The translations under genes and the position numbers were made by a program. 64,000 bases of DNA, from positions 54,498,001 through 54,562,000 of the forward strand of contig OZ038378.1 in NCBI GenBank assembly GCA_964036045.1, in the 5' to 3' direction. The notes beneath the pieces are model-generated. The model made no database searches. It was not told where the DNA came from and saw nothing but the letters and a program-made list of their open reading frames with translations. Origin of the DNA: Eutreptiella sp. 'Long Island Sound 2002'. Taxonomy: Eukaryota > Protista > Euglenida. Below are positions 49,900-62,205 of this stretch, one piece after another; the first letter of the stretch is position 1; the number at the start of each line of letters is the position of its first letter.

Positions 49900-50330
49900 T
49901 TCTCACCACTGGAATCATGCCCGCTTGCTGATTCCTGTTGTCAGGATCCTGCATTTGATGCACAACGGAGAGTCACCCTAAATACCCTGCTGTGCCCAGT
50001 GATCTGCCCTCTGTTGCTGATTGTACGGCTGTCATCAACATATGAGTGGGCATGCACTGATACAAGGCCGCGAGAACGTTTGGTTTTGAGAGGGTTTTGG
50101 TGTGCATGACCTGAAACTCCGGATATGGCAGAGCTCTGTTGCAATTAGATTCTATTGAGGCTTGCCTTGTTAGTTCAATCCGCAGTGTTTGGGCGCCTTG
50201 GATTGCAGAATTCTCACTGGTCATGAAGGAGACCCATCATCGAGCCTGTCTGGGGCAAACATAGAAGCGGTGCAAGGCATCAGGCAGGGTGCATTCGTCC
50301 ACCTTGTTCAACTAGTTCCTTCATGCCAGT
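49900..50330 (-). pseudogene. Possible very old reverse transcriptase remnant
   Basis: The minus strand has CLAPLLC followed later by HSYVDD, the order of RT motifs 4 and 5. Heavily interrupted; could be chance. Confidence 0.25.
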
Positions 50331-51329
50331 CATGTTGACCGTCCAAAATTTACAAAAAACACTTAAAGCTCCACAGGACAGCCAGTACACACAAGCAAAT
50401 GCAAGTGGGGATCCAAGCATACTTTGTGCTCAGGGAAAATCAGCTTTAAAAGACGGAGACAACCTTCTGCGCGAGCAGACTTCTTGCTGATACGCGTTGC
50501 AGTAACACTATGCACAGTCCCTGATAGTGGGAAAACATGTCCAGTTCAGTTGCGTGCAAATACAGCGCAGGCAAATCAGAAGTGGCGATGCAAACACATT
50601 AGAAGGAGATCAAACATAGGGAGATGGTCATGTGTCACATGCAGATAGACACTTGCTCACAAAGACAGGCTCATGAGCAGATAGAGACCAATATGTATAC
50701 AGTAAGCTGCAATCAGGGGACATGGGAAGAGGCAGTAGCAAGTACATGTGCAGATTGACCCCAGGACTTAAAAAACCATAGAATTGGAAGACGATTACAG
50801 AGGGAGACAAACCCATTGACACATTAAAAATGCAAACCATGTAGTGAAAGAAGCGTAGCACGTCTGCTGTTGGTTTTTTTGCTGAAATTGCACATTGTGC
50901 TTGTTTTTTCTGAGGCGCTTTTTTTCTTGTATTCGGGTGATTAAAAAAAAAGTGTATTCGGTCATAAAAAAACAGATGGGGTCCCAACAACAGATCGAGA
51001 CGCATACACAACTGCACACCTCGAATTGAAGGATTCACTAGAATGTGTGGAAATTAAAAGCCCAAGTAGATACCCCCTCTGCACTTCCCACGCAGATATA
51101 TTACTCAAACCAACACGAACACTGCACCACAGGCATCACACAAAAGGCACCACCTCCAGGGATATTTGGTTTAGTTCTGAAGTGTTGCACTTCCTTAAAT
51201 TGTTAGGCAACTTCTTCACATGAAATTTCGGAAACCATTTGCGGCCAAACTTCCAGTGAAAGAAAAAAACCAACGCCCATACACCGATCTGGTGCTTTGG
51301 AGCCTGGCTGTACACATTGACATCCGCAA

Positions 51330-51650
51330 GACCTAGGCGATGTGCTCATCTTGGTAAAACACATGGGGTGCTTAAGGCGGTTGGCCCAAGCATTGGAAGA
51401 ATTCTTGACAAAAAGGCGAACAAGTTTTTTCGTAATCATGCCTCAGGCCACATAAGGCTCAGAAAGCTTTTGTGATCTCGGTCATGGAGTGATTTCTAAT
51501 ACCCACAAAATGCTTCAAAAGTGCCCCCGGATTGTTTTGAAAACCAACTGCTCCTCGGTGTGGCCTGAGGTGGTTGAAAGGTGGTTGAAAGAGTCATTGG
51601 AAAGTTGCCATGGGTTTTTGGGCCCCACAGGGTCATCACACCAATGCTGT
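51330..51650 (+). pseudogene. Possible PIF/Harbinger-like transposase remnant
   Basis: SDF*YP...VPP...ENQLL...KVVERVIGKL resembles the D-x-x-Y-P ... R-x-x-V-E-x-x-(F/I)-G-x-L motif. Confidence 0.3.
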
Positions 51651-52899
51651 AGGGGCGGCATCAGCTAGGGTAGCCGGGGTTACTACCCATGCAAAATCCA
51701 GCTAGGATGGAGCGGGGCCTTGGCACCATGATGGTGTCACCGCACTTTAGCTTGCTGTGGCCCAATTGCTGGGACCAGAAAATGGGAGGTGATGGGACAT
51801 GTTGTGCTGGAGCTGGTACCTAGTGCAGAGCTTTGGGTCAGAATAGTTGTGGGAGGGAGGTCATGACACGAGATGGAGCTTACGAGAAGGACATTGCCAC
51901 TTCCTGTTGTGATGGCTGTCTGATGATACGTCTGCCGGCATCCTTGTTGTGTCCACTAGCACGATGTGCACAACCAAGCCATCGTCCCCTAAAACATCGA
52001 ATATGAATATTAAACTGTTTGTTTGAACCGTTGCTTTGATCACTACGGTGATATTCACTCAGTTGTGGCATGTAGCAGAGTTGGCTACAAATAGGGCCAC
52101 CCTATGCCATTTTCCCACCACGAAGAACTAACACGCAATTAGGATCCAACATGCCTGAGCGTAATGGTGGTTGTTGGCTCTGAAAACCCTCGTCCTTAGG
52201 GGGAGTATCTGCGCCGCGTGCACACCGCCCGCTACTTTTCCAGCGTGTCTACCCGTAAGGGGCTGGCCTTGACACACCTCACAAAATGCCCCCCAAGGAG
52301 AGATAACCCTTTGGTACCACACGCCGGGGCTGAGCTTCGAGGGCGGGATCTTCAAAGGGCAACAAACGACATTTGTATAGCGCCTCGTCTTGCACGATCT
52401 GGCGCTCAAAGCATGGACGGTTTGATGGAACAACTTAGTGCAGTAGTTCAACTCAAGAGTATCACGTACTAGGCTCCAAACCCATAGACAGGGGCCCGAG
52501 GGCAGAAGCTGCAGCTGCTTGGTCAGGCCAGACCGCTGAACCTCCGCGCCGCGTGCGCACTGCGTTAGGTGCTCCCCCTTAGGTTAGGTAGGGTTGTGCC
52601 CAGAAATTCTACTTCCATCCCCCCGATGGGGCATTATGCTGTGTCCCGGGCCAAGATAGGAGCGTATCCAAAATGCTAGTCAGACATGAACAGGATGTAC
52701 GAGATGTGTGCTTGCCCTACAATTGATGTCTTTGCATATCTAGGTCCAATAAAGACCACAACCCAAGTCACAATGGGTTGCGGAAGCGGAAGAGAGCCTT
52801 GAGATGCAATGCTACATTGCCATCCAAAGACGGCAAGAGGGCACTTCAAAGCCTTGGAGCCCGAGTATGAGGCTTGCATAGCAATGCCGACAGAGCTAA

Positions 52900-55450
52900 C
52901 CTTGAAACTAGTTCACTTGAACAAAAGTGCCCCCCCCCAAGGGTCAAATGGCCAATAGTAAATTGTTGGGACCTTGTACACCCCTTAGCCAATTAACTCC
53001 TGGATTCTAGTCCCCCAAAAAGGGTTTCTTGGTCAAGAGTTCATTGTCTGGACCTTGTACACCCCTCAAACCATTGGCTACTAAGGTGTAGTGGCCCCCC
53101 GAAGGGTTTAATGGCTAGCAAATATACACCCCAAAAGAGTTCAATGGCCAAGAGTTCACTGCCGGGACCCTGTACATCGCTTAGACAATTAACTCCTAGG
53201 ATGTAGTGGCCAACCCAAAGGGTCTAATGGCGAAGAGGTAATTGTTTGGACCGTGCACACCGCTTAGATAAATAGCTCATGGGGTGTATCCCCCCCGAAA
53301 CAAATGGCAAGGAGTTCATTGTTTGGTTCATGTACACAACTCGGACAATCAAATGCTGAGGTTAACCCACCCCCCCCCCCAAAGGTTTCATGGCAAGCAA
53401 TCAATTCTTCACACCCTACACACCCCTCATACAATTAACGCATGGGGTGCGCCAACCTTCCCGGGGGGCTATTACCCGCACGTCAATTGCTAGCGGCCCC
53501 GCACACGCCTGAGACAATTAATGCATGGGGTGTAGTGGTCCCCCAAGTGGTAAGTTCCACGTGTTAATTGTTGAGAATTGATAACGCCCCAAAGCCCTCC
53601 GAGCACCAACGCTTGGGGTGTGTGCCACCGCTCAAGAGGTAAATGCACACGTGTTAACTGTTGACACCCCCACACCCCTCGGACAATCAACCTTTGGGGT
53701 GTAATGTCCTCCAACGGGGATGAATGCCAACACGTTAATTGTTGGCAACCCCGACAACCCTTGGACAATGAACACATGGCATGTGGTGGCCTACGCACGG
53801 GTTTCATAGTCAGACCTTAATTGTTGACATCCCAACATCCCTCAGAAATTTAGCGCATGGGGTGCATGCCCCACCCCCCAAGGGGTAAATGCCCACGCCC
53901 CAGCCCAGAGGCAATTCTCAACTGAGGTGTAGTGCCGCCCTGTGGAGTAGATGTCCACGCATTCATTGTTGGGACTCTCTCCACCCCTCCGAAAATTAAC
54001 AAATGGGGTGTAGCCACCCCCCCCCTCAATGGGTAAATGCCCACGCACTCATGGTTGCAACCCCGGTTGGACCCCTGAAACAATTAACGCGTGGCGTGCC
54101 GTGGGCCCCCTAAGGGTTTCGTGGCTAGGTGGTAATTGTTGACACCCCCAGACCTCTCACAAATCTAACAATGGGGTTTAGTGGCCTCCCAAAAGGTTAA
54201 ATGGGTTGTTGGCCCCCCATGGCACCCCTCATACAATTAATGTGTGGGGTGTACTGGCCCCCCAACAGGTAAAGGCGCACGCGTTAATTGTCGGGAGCCC
54301 CCACACCCCTCGGAAAAATCACCGTTAGGGGGGGCACTACACCCCGAAGGTTGATTGTGGCGGTTGCTATCAATGAAGGCGTGGGTACTGGCACCCTTCA
54401 AAGGCCACCACACCCCACACGTTGCCTTCTTGATAGGTTGGTCGCGGTTGCCAACGACTAAGGTGTGGGTATTTATCCTCTTTGGGGGCCACTACGCAGC
54501 ACGGCGGAATGATCTGACGGTGGGGGGGCATGCCAGCAATCAACTCGTGCACTAGCCCTATTGGAGGCCACTACACCCGACACGTTGATTTTTTGAGGGG
54601 AGGGGGGGGGGGGGGCTGCCAACGATTGATGTGTAGGCATTTGCCCCCGCGAAGGCGCCACACCCCACGCGTTAATTGTCCGTGGGGTAAAGGACGGCCA
54701 ACAATCAACTTGTGCATTTAAATTCTTTGGGGGCCACTACACCCTAGGTGTTGTTTCTCCGAGGGGTGGCAACGGTGCCAATGATGTACACTTGGGCATT
54801 TACCCCCTAGGGAGGCCACAACACCCCATGTGTTAATCGTCCGAGGGGTGGTGGGTAGGCCAAGAATCTATAGTTGCATTTACACACTTGTGGGCTTACA
54901 ACCCAAGCGTTAATTGCCCTACAGTTCGGTGGTGCGATTAGCTGCCATGTCGGCATTTACCCCCTAGTGAGGCAATTACACCCGACGTAATTATTATTTG
55001 ACACGTGTGGGGCGTGCCAATAGTTAACCCATGGGGATTTACCCCCTGAGGGGGGCCACTACAGGTGACACATCAATTCTTCGAGGGGTGGGTTTTGGGG
55101 TGCCCAGAATTAATGCGCGGGCATATATCCCGTTGGGAAGCAACTATGCCCTTGTGTCAATTGTGTTGAGCAGCGAGCGGGGTGCCAAAGTTTAATGTGT
55201 GGCCATTCACCGCCTATGGAGGCTAGTACACCCAAGTCATTATGTATTTGAGGGGTTTTAGGGGGGTGCCCACATTTGACGCGTAGGGATTCACCCCTTG
55301 GGGATGGGGTCGGCACTACACCTCACACATTAAATTGTTTGAGGGGTTGGGGGAGGGTCCCAACAATTAATGCATTTACGCATTTACCCGAGCACCGGCA
55401 TTGGATCCCACACATTAGTTGTCCAAGGGCTGGTGGTGTGTGCCACACTA
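52900..55450. repeat. Degenerate ~85-bp satellite in foldback arrangement
   Basis: Units read CAATTAAC...GGGGTGTAGTGGCCCC up to about 54320 and GGGGCCACTACACCCC...GTTAATTG after about 54330. Confidence 0.75.
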
Positions 55451-55579
55451 AACACGTGAGTATATGAGTACCCTCAAGTAAAGGTCTAAGGGCAGGGGCA
55501 TGGGGTGAGGGGAACGGGTTTATCCGGCAACTAGAAGTGAGGGCAACACCGGGCATTACCTATACGCCTTCGCACCCCC

Positions 55580-56790
55580 CCCCCCTACTGGTGGTCACAG
55601 CCTGATGCCTCGGTGCCTGGCCCCTGCGTACGAATGGAGACCACCGGCACGGTGAGACATCCCCAAAGGCCGCTGACTGGCGGTCCCGTAATTGGGCAAT
55701 GGCCTCCCCAAATGGCCGCTCCTCCCGGGCAACAACCACGGGCATTGCGAGACATCCCGTCTCCCTCTAGCTGGTGATCCCGCAATCGGGCATGCCATGG
55801 CCTTCCCCAGTGGCCGCTCCTCCCGGGCAGTCATCACCAGCATGGCAAGACAACCCATCTCCCCATGGTTGGTGATGATTTCAGCAGACATACAATGGCC
55901 TTCCGTAATGCCCGCTCCGCTCGGGGACCGACGACAGGCATGGTGAGACAACTCGTCCCCCCCTTGCCGGCAATCTCGCAACCCAACGAACGATGGACTT
56001 CACCGTTGCCCATTCCTCCCCGGCACTGACCTACGGCACGGCAAAACTTCCCGGATCCCCCTAGCCCGCGACAACACAACTGGAAAGATGATGGCCTTCC
56101 TTGTTGGCCGGTCCTCCCGGGAAGGGCCCCACAATGGCACGGCCAGACCACCGGTACCGCCGTGGCCGATAATCTCGAAACTGGGCGAATAATGGCCTTC
56201 CCTCTTGGCCGCTCCTACCGGGCAGTGAGTACCGACATGGCAAGACCTTCCGTCTCCCGCTGTGTAGTGACCCTGCAACTAGGCAAATAATGGGCATCCC
56301 CGTCGGTTGATTCTTTCGGGCGACCACCGGCATGGCAAGACATCCAGTCTCCAACTGACCGCTGATCCAGCAAGCGGGCAAATCTTGGCCATCCCCTTTG
56401 GCCGATCGCCCCTGCCAACCACGTGACTCATCCCGCAACAAGACAAGTGATGGCCTTCCCTAGTGCTCTGCTCGCGGCCAGCGACCACCGGCATGGCGAG
56501 ACATCGCGTCTCCCCCAGGCGAGTGATCCCACAACGGGGCGCATGACGGCCCTCCCCGGTCACCGCTCCATCTATGTAGGGACCACCATCACAACGAGAC
56601 GTCCCGTCTCCCCCCGGCCGGTGCTCCTAAAACCGGGTAGACGGTGGCGTTCTCTTTTGCCTGGTCGCCCGAGCATGAACCTCTGGCACGGCAACGCGTC
56701 CCGTCTCCTTGTGGCCGGCGATCCCACAACGAGACAGAGCATGGGCTTCGCCAAAGGCGATTCCTCCCCGGCAACAACCACTGGACTAGA
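55580..56790 (+). repeat. ~97-bp tandem repeat x~12
   Basis: CACCGGCATGGC.AGACATCCCGTCTCC...GATCCCGCAA...GATGGCCTTCCC recurs about every 94-100 bp. Confidence 0.85.
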
Positions 56791-57948
56791 GAGGCACCTA
56801 TTCGGCGCCTGGCCAATGATCCCGCGTCTGAAGGTGGGCAACAGACCTCAATTGGAGGGAGGGCGCGCAGCTCTCCCAAGTCGCCCCCCTGCTGGCGGCC
56901 CTTTGGGCCTCCGCGTCTGCCGCGCCGGTGCCGCTGCCCCGCGGGCCTGGACCAGCGCCCCCCGGCGCCGGGTCCTCCTGGTCGAGGGGTGGGACGAAGA
57001 GGCAGAGGGCTCCGAGGGCCATTGGGTGCGTATCAGCCACGGCGCCACCGTCAGGTGTCTCGTCCGGGGCGGCAGGCCCCTCGCCCCGCCCCGGGACCCG
57101 CTCGCGGCCGCCGGCGCGGTGCGGGCCTCCGTCCTGCGGGTGTATGTCGTGTGGTATGCGGTGCTGCCAGGCCCGGAAGCTCCCCAACCAGCCCCGCAGC
57201 GCCGGTACCCCTGGGCGGGGGGCAACGCCCACGCTCGTGCGTGGCTCGCGGTCCACAAGCTCGTGGAGGTGTGGCGGCGGCACCGCGGGGTAGTGGTCGT
57301 GTTCCACCTGCCCTGACCCAGGTGCGGAGGCACCGGGCGGCCGTTCCGCTGAGGCCACCGTGGCCCTCCCCCCTTGCACCCTATCGCCCCCCCTGCCCCA
57401 TGTGTTGAGGTGCACAGAGGACGAGCCCACCGACCCTCCCCCCAAAAGCGGCGGTTTCGCACCACTCCCATAGCCCCTCGCTTGGTAACGGGGCGGGGGT
57501 TGGCTGCAGCGGCGCGACACACACCGTAGCCTCCACCCTCTGCTGCTGTGCACAGGGGGGGGTCGGCCCAATCCTTCCACCCCGTGCTAGCATGCAAATG
57601 GGTGGAGAGCGTCCCTCCACCCTGGGCTAAAAGCACAAGGTGGTGCCCATACCTCCCACTCTCAGCACCCGTGCATGGGGCCTCGCCGAAGCCTGCGCAT
57701 CCCCCCCCTCCCCTCCCCCCGCGTGCCTGCCCCCCCCCCCCAAAGCAGCATGCGCGTGACTCCCTCCCCCCTCCCCTCTCCTCACCCAACCCGCGGCACG
57801 GCAACAGGCCTGCCCCCCCCCCCCCCGCCCCGACGACGCGGCCAGGTGTTCACTGCATGCATGGCCGGCCGAAATGCAGAGTCGCCGGGACAGCCATTGA
57901 GCCCCCCCGAGGCGGCCTGTGACCCTCAAGACCTACCCTCAAATCAAA

Positions 57949-58509
57949 TCAAATCAAATCTTGCACTGTCTCCTCCACCTCCACCTCCACCACCTCATCC
58001 ACCACCTCCTTGTTCACCTGTGCCTCCTTCGCCACGATCTCCACCATACTTCCGATTCTCCTCTCCGGGCGGCACATGTTGTCCTCCTTCTCCTTCATCT
58101 TCACCTTCTGCCTCGCCTTCTCAAGGTTGGCGGCGGCCCAACCCTCCCGCTTCTCCTCCCCCTGGGCGCGCAGCGCATCCACCTTGGCCTCCGCCCTGTC
58201 CTTCGCCCCCCGCTGTGCCCCCACGGAAGTGGAGAGACTTTGCACCTCCCCACGCGGCGACTCAACCTCGTCCTCCTCTTCCTCCTCCTCCATCTCCTCC
58301 GCCTTGACCGCCTTGGCCGATTTCTTGGCGGCCAAGGGGTGAGGGGGTGGCAACGGAGGATGAGGATGTTCGGCTTGGGGTTGGGGCTTGGGCTTGGGCT
58401 TGGCCAGGGGCTTTGTCTTGGGCTTGGCCTCGGCCTCGGCCGCCCAGTGGCGCATCACCTCGGCCAACAACTCCGCGGTCTGGCGTTGGTAAAACAAAAA
58501 TTGCGGCAC
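57949..58509 (-). CDS. Low-complexity K/P/E-rich coiled-coil ORF of unknown function, ending in (GATTT)4
   Basis: Open 186-aa frame with biased codons. Preceded by a CGTTCTAGC array (58508-58620). Confidence 0.4.
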   Translation of the reverse strand: MPQFLFYQRQTAELLAEVMRHWAAEAEAKPKTKPLAKPKPKPQPQAEHPHPPLPPPHPLAAKKSAKAVKAEEMEEEEEEDEVESPRGEVQSLSTSVGAQRGAKDRAEAKVDALRAQGEEKREGWAAANLEKARQKVKMKEKEDNMCRPERRIGSMVEIVAKEAQVNKEVVDEVVEVEVEETVQDLI

Positions 58510-59494
58510 CGTTCTAGCACCGTTCCATGCAACTGTTGTAGCGGCGTTCTAGCGACGTTCTAGCGAACGATCGTGCTGCGTAGATAAACACTAAGACGCT
58601 TCCCTAGATCATCGCTAGAATGCACGATACATGTTCCAAGATCAGCTCGATCAAGTCCTGCTCGGCGGAAATGTTCCCGATGCTGAAGAGTCTGTTCGAG
58701 GGAAGCCTGCATGTGGCCCTGGTCCCTCCTCACCTCCACCGCAATCTGCCCGAGCATGGAACTTGCGACCGGGCCCCTCCGTGCACAACCCACGACACGT
58801 CAAAATATGCAAACAACCATGTCATGCATTGTGCTTGCACACCGACGTCCCTGTGCGTGGCCGACCATTTGCGCCCTGACACTTCGTCCACCCCCTAAAC
58901 CTGATACCCCCCCCCCCCGATTGCTATGCTCGTTGTGACCATGTTTCCCAAAGTGGTTGATACTTTGTGAAATGTCGCCGCAGAACATGCCGAATCCCCA
59001 CAATTGTAGGTGAGCTGTCCGCGATGCATTGCATTTGTAATACACAAGGGCATACCGTGCGCCCCTCGGCTGTCGCGTGAGTACCACAAGGGGAGGGGGG
59101 GGGGGTGGACAGTTGACGTTAGACTTCTAATCCTTTTGCTTGTCTTCGTAGGACCGTGACGGGCTAACATTATGGCTCCTCCGGGGGCCGCCCTGCCCAT
59201 GTGGGGACTGCTGCTACCTATGCGTTGGCTGCGCCTCATGGGATTGTTGCCATAGCCAAAAAACCCTGAAAAGTGCCCGTTTAGGGAGCAAAAAAGGGTC
59301 GAAAATGGGCAAAAAAAGCATTTTTCCAAAAGTAATTGTGGACCATTGGGGGTGCAGAAACAAGTGACATGAGCCCTTTTTGGAGCTTGTTTTGACAATA
59401 TTTAGGCCCTTCCGCGACATGTATGCACCAAGTTGTACCCGTCGCACATACCTTACAGCCATGTTTTAAAGCTCCTAGAGTTGGGGAGAGGGGT

Positions 59495-59539
59495 GTAGAC
59501 TAGAGATTATATACATATACATGTACATATATACATACA

Positions 59540-59571
<32 letters not shown>

Positions 59572-59576
59572 CATAT

Positions 59577-59622
<46 letters not shown>

Positions 59623-59625
59623 ATG
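59495..59625. repeat. Compound (TACA)n/(CA)n/(TA)n microsatellite
   Basis: Seen directly in the sequence. Confidence 0.95.
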
Positions 59626-59887
59626 GGTTTGGGGGCTATTTTGGGCGAAAATGGCTGTTTTTGGCCCAAAACAGCGCAGATTTGGGAGGGCACCTTCCGA
59701 CTTGGCGCCACCGCCCCGGGCCGCCACTGGTGAGTTTTTGGCTCAAAACTTGGATTTGGCAAGGACACCACCTAGGCTCCAAGATGGCTACATGGGCAAA
59801 TGATGCGAAGCGTTGGGACGGAGCAATGGCCAAAACGCCAAGGAGGCGTGTTGTTGTTGCTTGTTGCTTGTTGCTTGTTGTTAGCTA

Positions 59888-60057
<170 letters not shown>

Positions 60058-61439
60058 ACCACTTATCATGCCGTCTACTGGAGTTACCGGGCATCTCGCG
60101 CCGACAGGTGGTTCCTGCCTCGCTCGATCCCGTGGGTCCCAGGGCTGCCTGAGGTGGCCCACAGCATGACGGAGGACCCAGAGGACCGGGGATACCGGTC
60201 AACCAGGCTTTGGGGGCAGTGGCAACTGCATAGCGTTAGCATCAGCAACGGCGACGGGCGCTGGCCCGTTTGTTCGCCGGGGGTAAGGAGGCAAGGCAAA
60301 GCAACGCAGCAGCATCGCAACAAGTTGAAAGCAAGGGCTTCTCTGTCCGTCGCAAAGCGGCAACCAAGGAACAAAGCAGCACGCATGCGGCGAAGCGAGA
60401 GCTGACCCTCCGTCGTTCGCGTACCCCCGCCACCGTGGAGACATCCATCACCCATGACCTCATGGAATCCATTGCCGTCTGCGTTCTCGAAATTGCCCAC
60501 CACCCCCGACTCCACGTATCCCTCTGCCAGCACGCAATAGCCCGTATGTGCATAGCCAGGATTTCTTGGGGGCTCCAGCCTAGCCTGGCCCTCAGCTTTT
60601 ATCGCCCCCATGTCTCCACAATGTACGCCGCCGACCCATCCCACCATCCCCCTAGTATAGTACATAAACACGGTACCAATTCCACGTCCCCGTGGCCCTG
60701 AGCTGCTCCCACACCCCAGATATATACCATGCCGGCACTCCATGTCAGGGGCCAGCACCCAATCAGCTTCGAGGCATCCACTTGCCCACGTATAATATAT
60801 CTTGAGGGTCTACAGGGGGGGACGCCGGCCGCTACGCGGCGGGAGTGGCGCAACCCGTCAATATCGCTGGCTGGGATTCGGGCTGGTGGGTGCCGTAGCT
60901 TGGTTATCGACCCCCTGTAGGGGTACCCACCAGAGGCTCGCTCCGGGCTGTGGTAACCAGGTGCACCTCATCTGGCCCACATACATTGCCCTGGCGCCTA
61001 CCCTTGACCCTTACCTGCACTGATTATCCACCTCCCGTGGTTGCGCCTCTTCCGCCACAGCAGCGGCCAGGCCGCAGGTTCGGCCCCCACCGACGACGTG
61101 GCGAGCCTACTTATAGCATTGGCCCGCGCGTCACCCCCCGGACCACTCAGCATGCCGCTCCTCTGCCCTCCTCGCCTCTAGCCGACCGGACTGGCGCCCC
61201 CCAGGGGTAAGCCGTTACAGTGGTGAGGCGACCGCATACTCTTCGCTACGACGCCACGCAGTACCGCTGTCGCCACGCCGACGCCACCTGCGAGCCGCCA
61301 CGACACGCACCACCGCAACCACAAGGCCATGGTCAGAGGTTAGACTATGTACACGCCCGCAGGCACGGTCCCTCTAGTTTGTTGACGGGGCCAGGGGATG
61401 CCCCCGCGCTCCCCCTGAGTTGTTAGAGGAGTCAGGGGG

Positions 61440-61690
61440 ACACCCCAGTACCGCCATGCAACCCCGTAGCGCCCCCACTGTACGGCCCTCCAGTACCGCC
61501 GCGTACCCTCACCATACGGTCCCCAGTACCGCCGCGCATATCCCCACGACGCCAGTACACCGCCATCTGGAACTTCCCCGCTGCACCCCCACTGTACGGT
61601 TCCCCAGTACCGCCGCGTACCCCCACCGTACGGATCCCAGTACCGCCGCGTTTACCCCCAAGACTCCAGTACGCCGTCTCCTGGAACTCC
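61440..61690. repeat. 33-bp CAGTACCGCC units within a ~114-bp duplication
   Basis: 61471-61575 matches 61588-61690. Confidence 0.8.
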
Positions 61691-62205
61691 ACGTGCCCCC
61701 CGTTAGTGCTCCTCCCAGGCTGCCACGCCGTCTCCACGACGCCCGCCATACTGTCCCCCTGACGACCCCACTGTCATAGCCTCCTACGCACACATCTTCG
61801 CCTCGTCGCCGCTCCCGGGGCCTGCAGGCTGTCCCCGCGACCCCGTGTAACACTCCCAGGGGGCGCCGCAGCGTCGCAACCCCCAGACAACTCCGTGCAC
61901 CCCCGGTGTATCCCGAGCAACCACTCCCAATACTGCCGTAGACGGGCCGCCAGTAGAGACCCCGGTGCCATGGGAATACCCTACAGGGGTTTGGGCCTTA
62001 TTACCCTGGTCGGGACGACCCATGACACCTCACTGTTGTATGCGGCGACCCGGGGCAGGCGGGTGAAGCATCCTTGTCCGACCCTCATGCACGGGGGCAG
62101 TACGGCTCACCATCAGGCCGGCACGACCTGTCACATCGCGTTGGCCGTCATACGCCGCCTGCCAGTTCCGCACAATCAGGCCGTGAAGGCACTGCTTCTC
62201 TGGCG

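Noticed and set aside
52560-52600. TTAGG(G)-like telomeric seed
   Set aside because: Only 3-4 imperfect units, compatible with chance.
58620-58720. hAT dimerisation-like RLFSIGNI on the minus strand
   Set aside because: The SxxxER context is missing and there are no other hAT motifs nearby.
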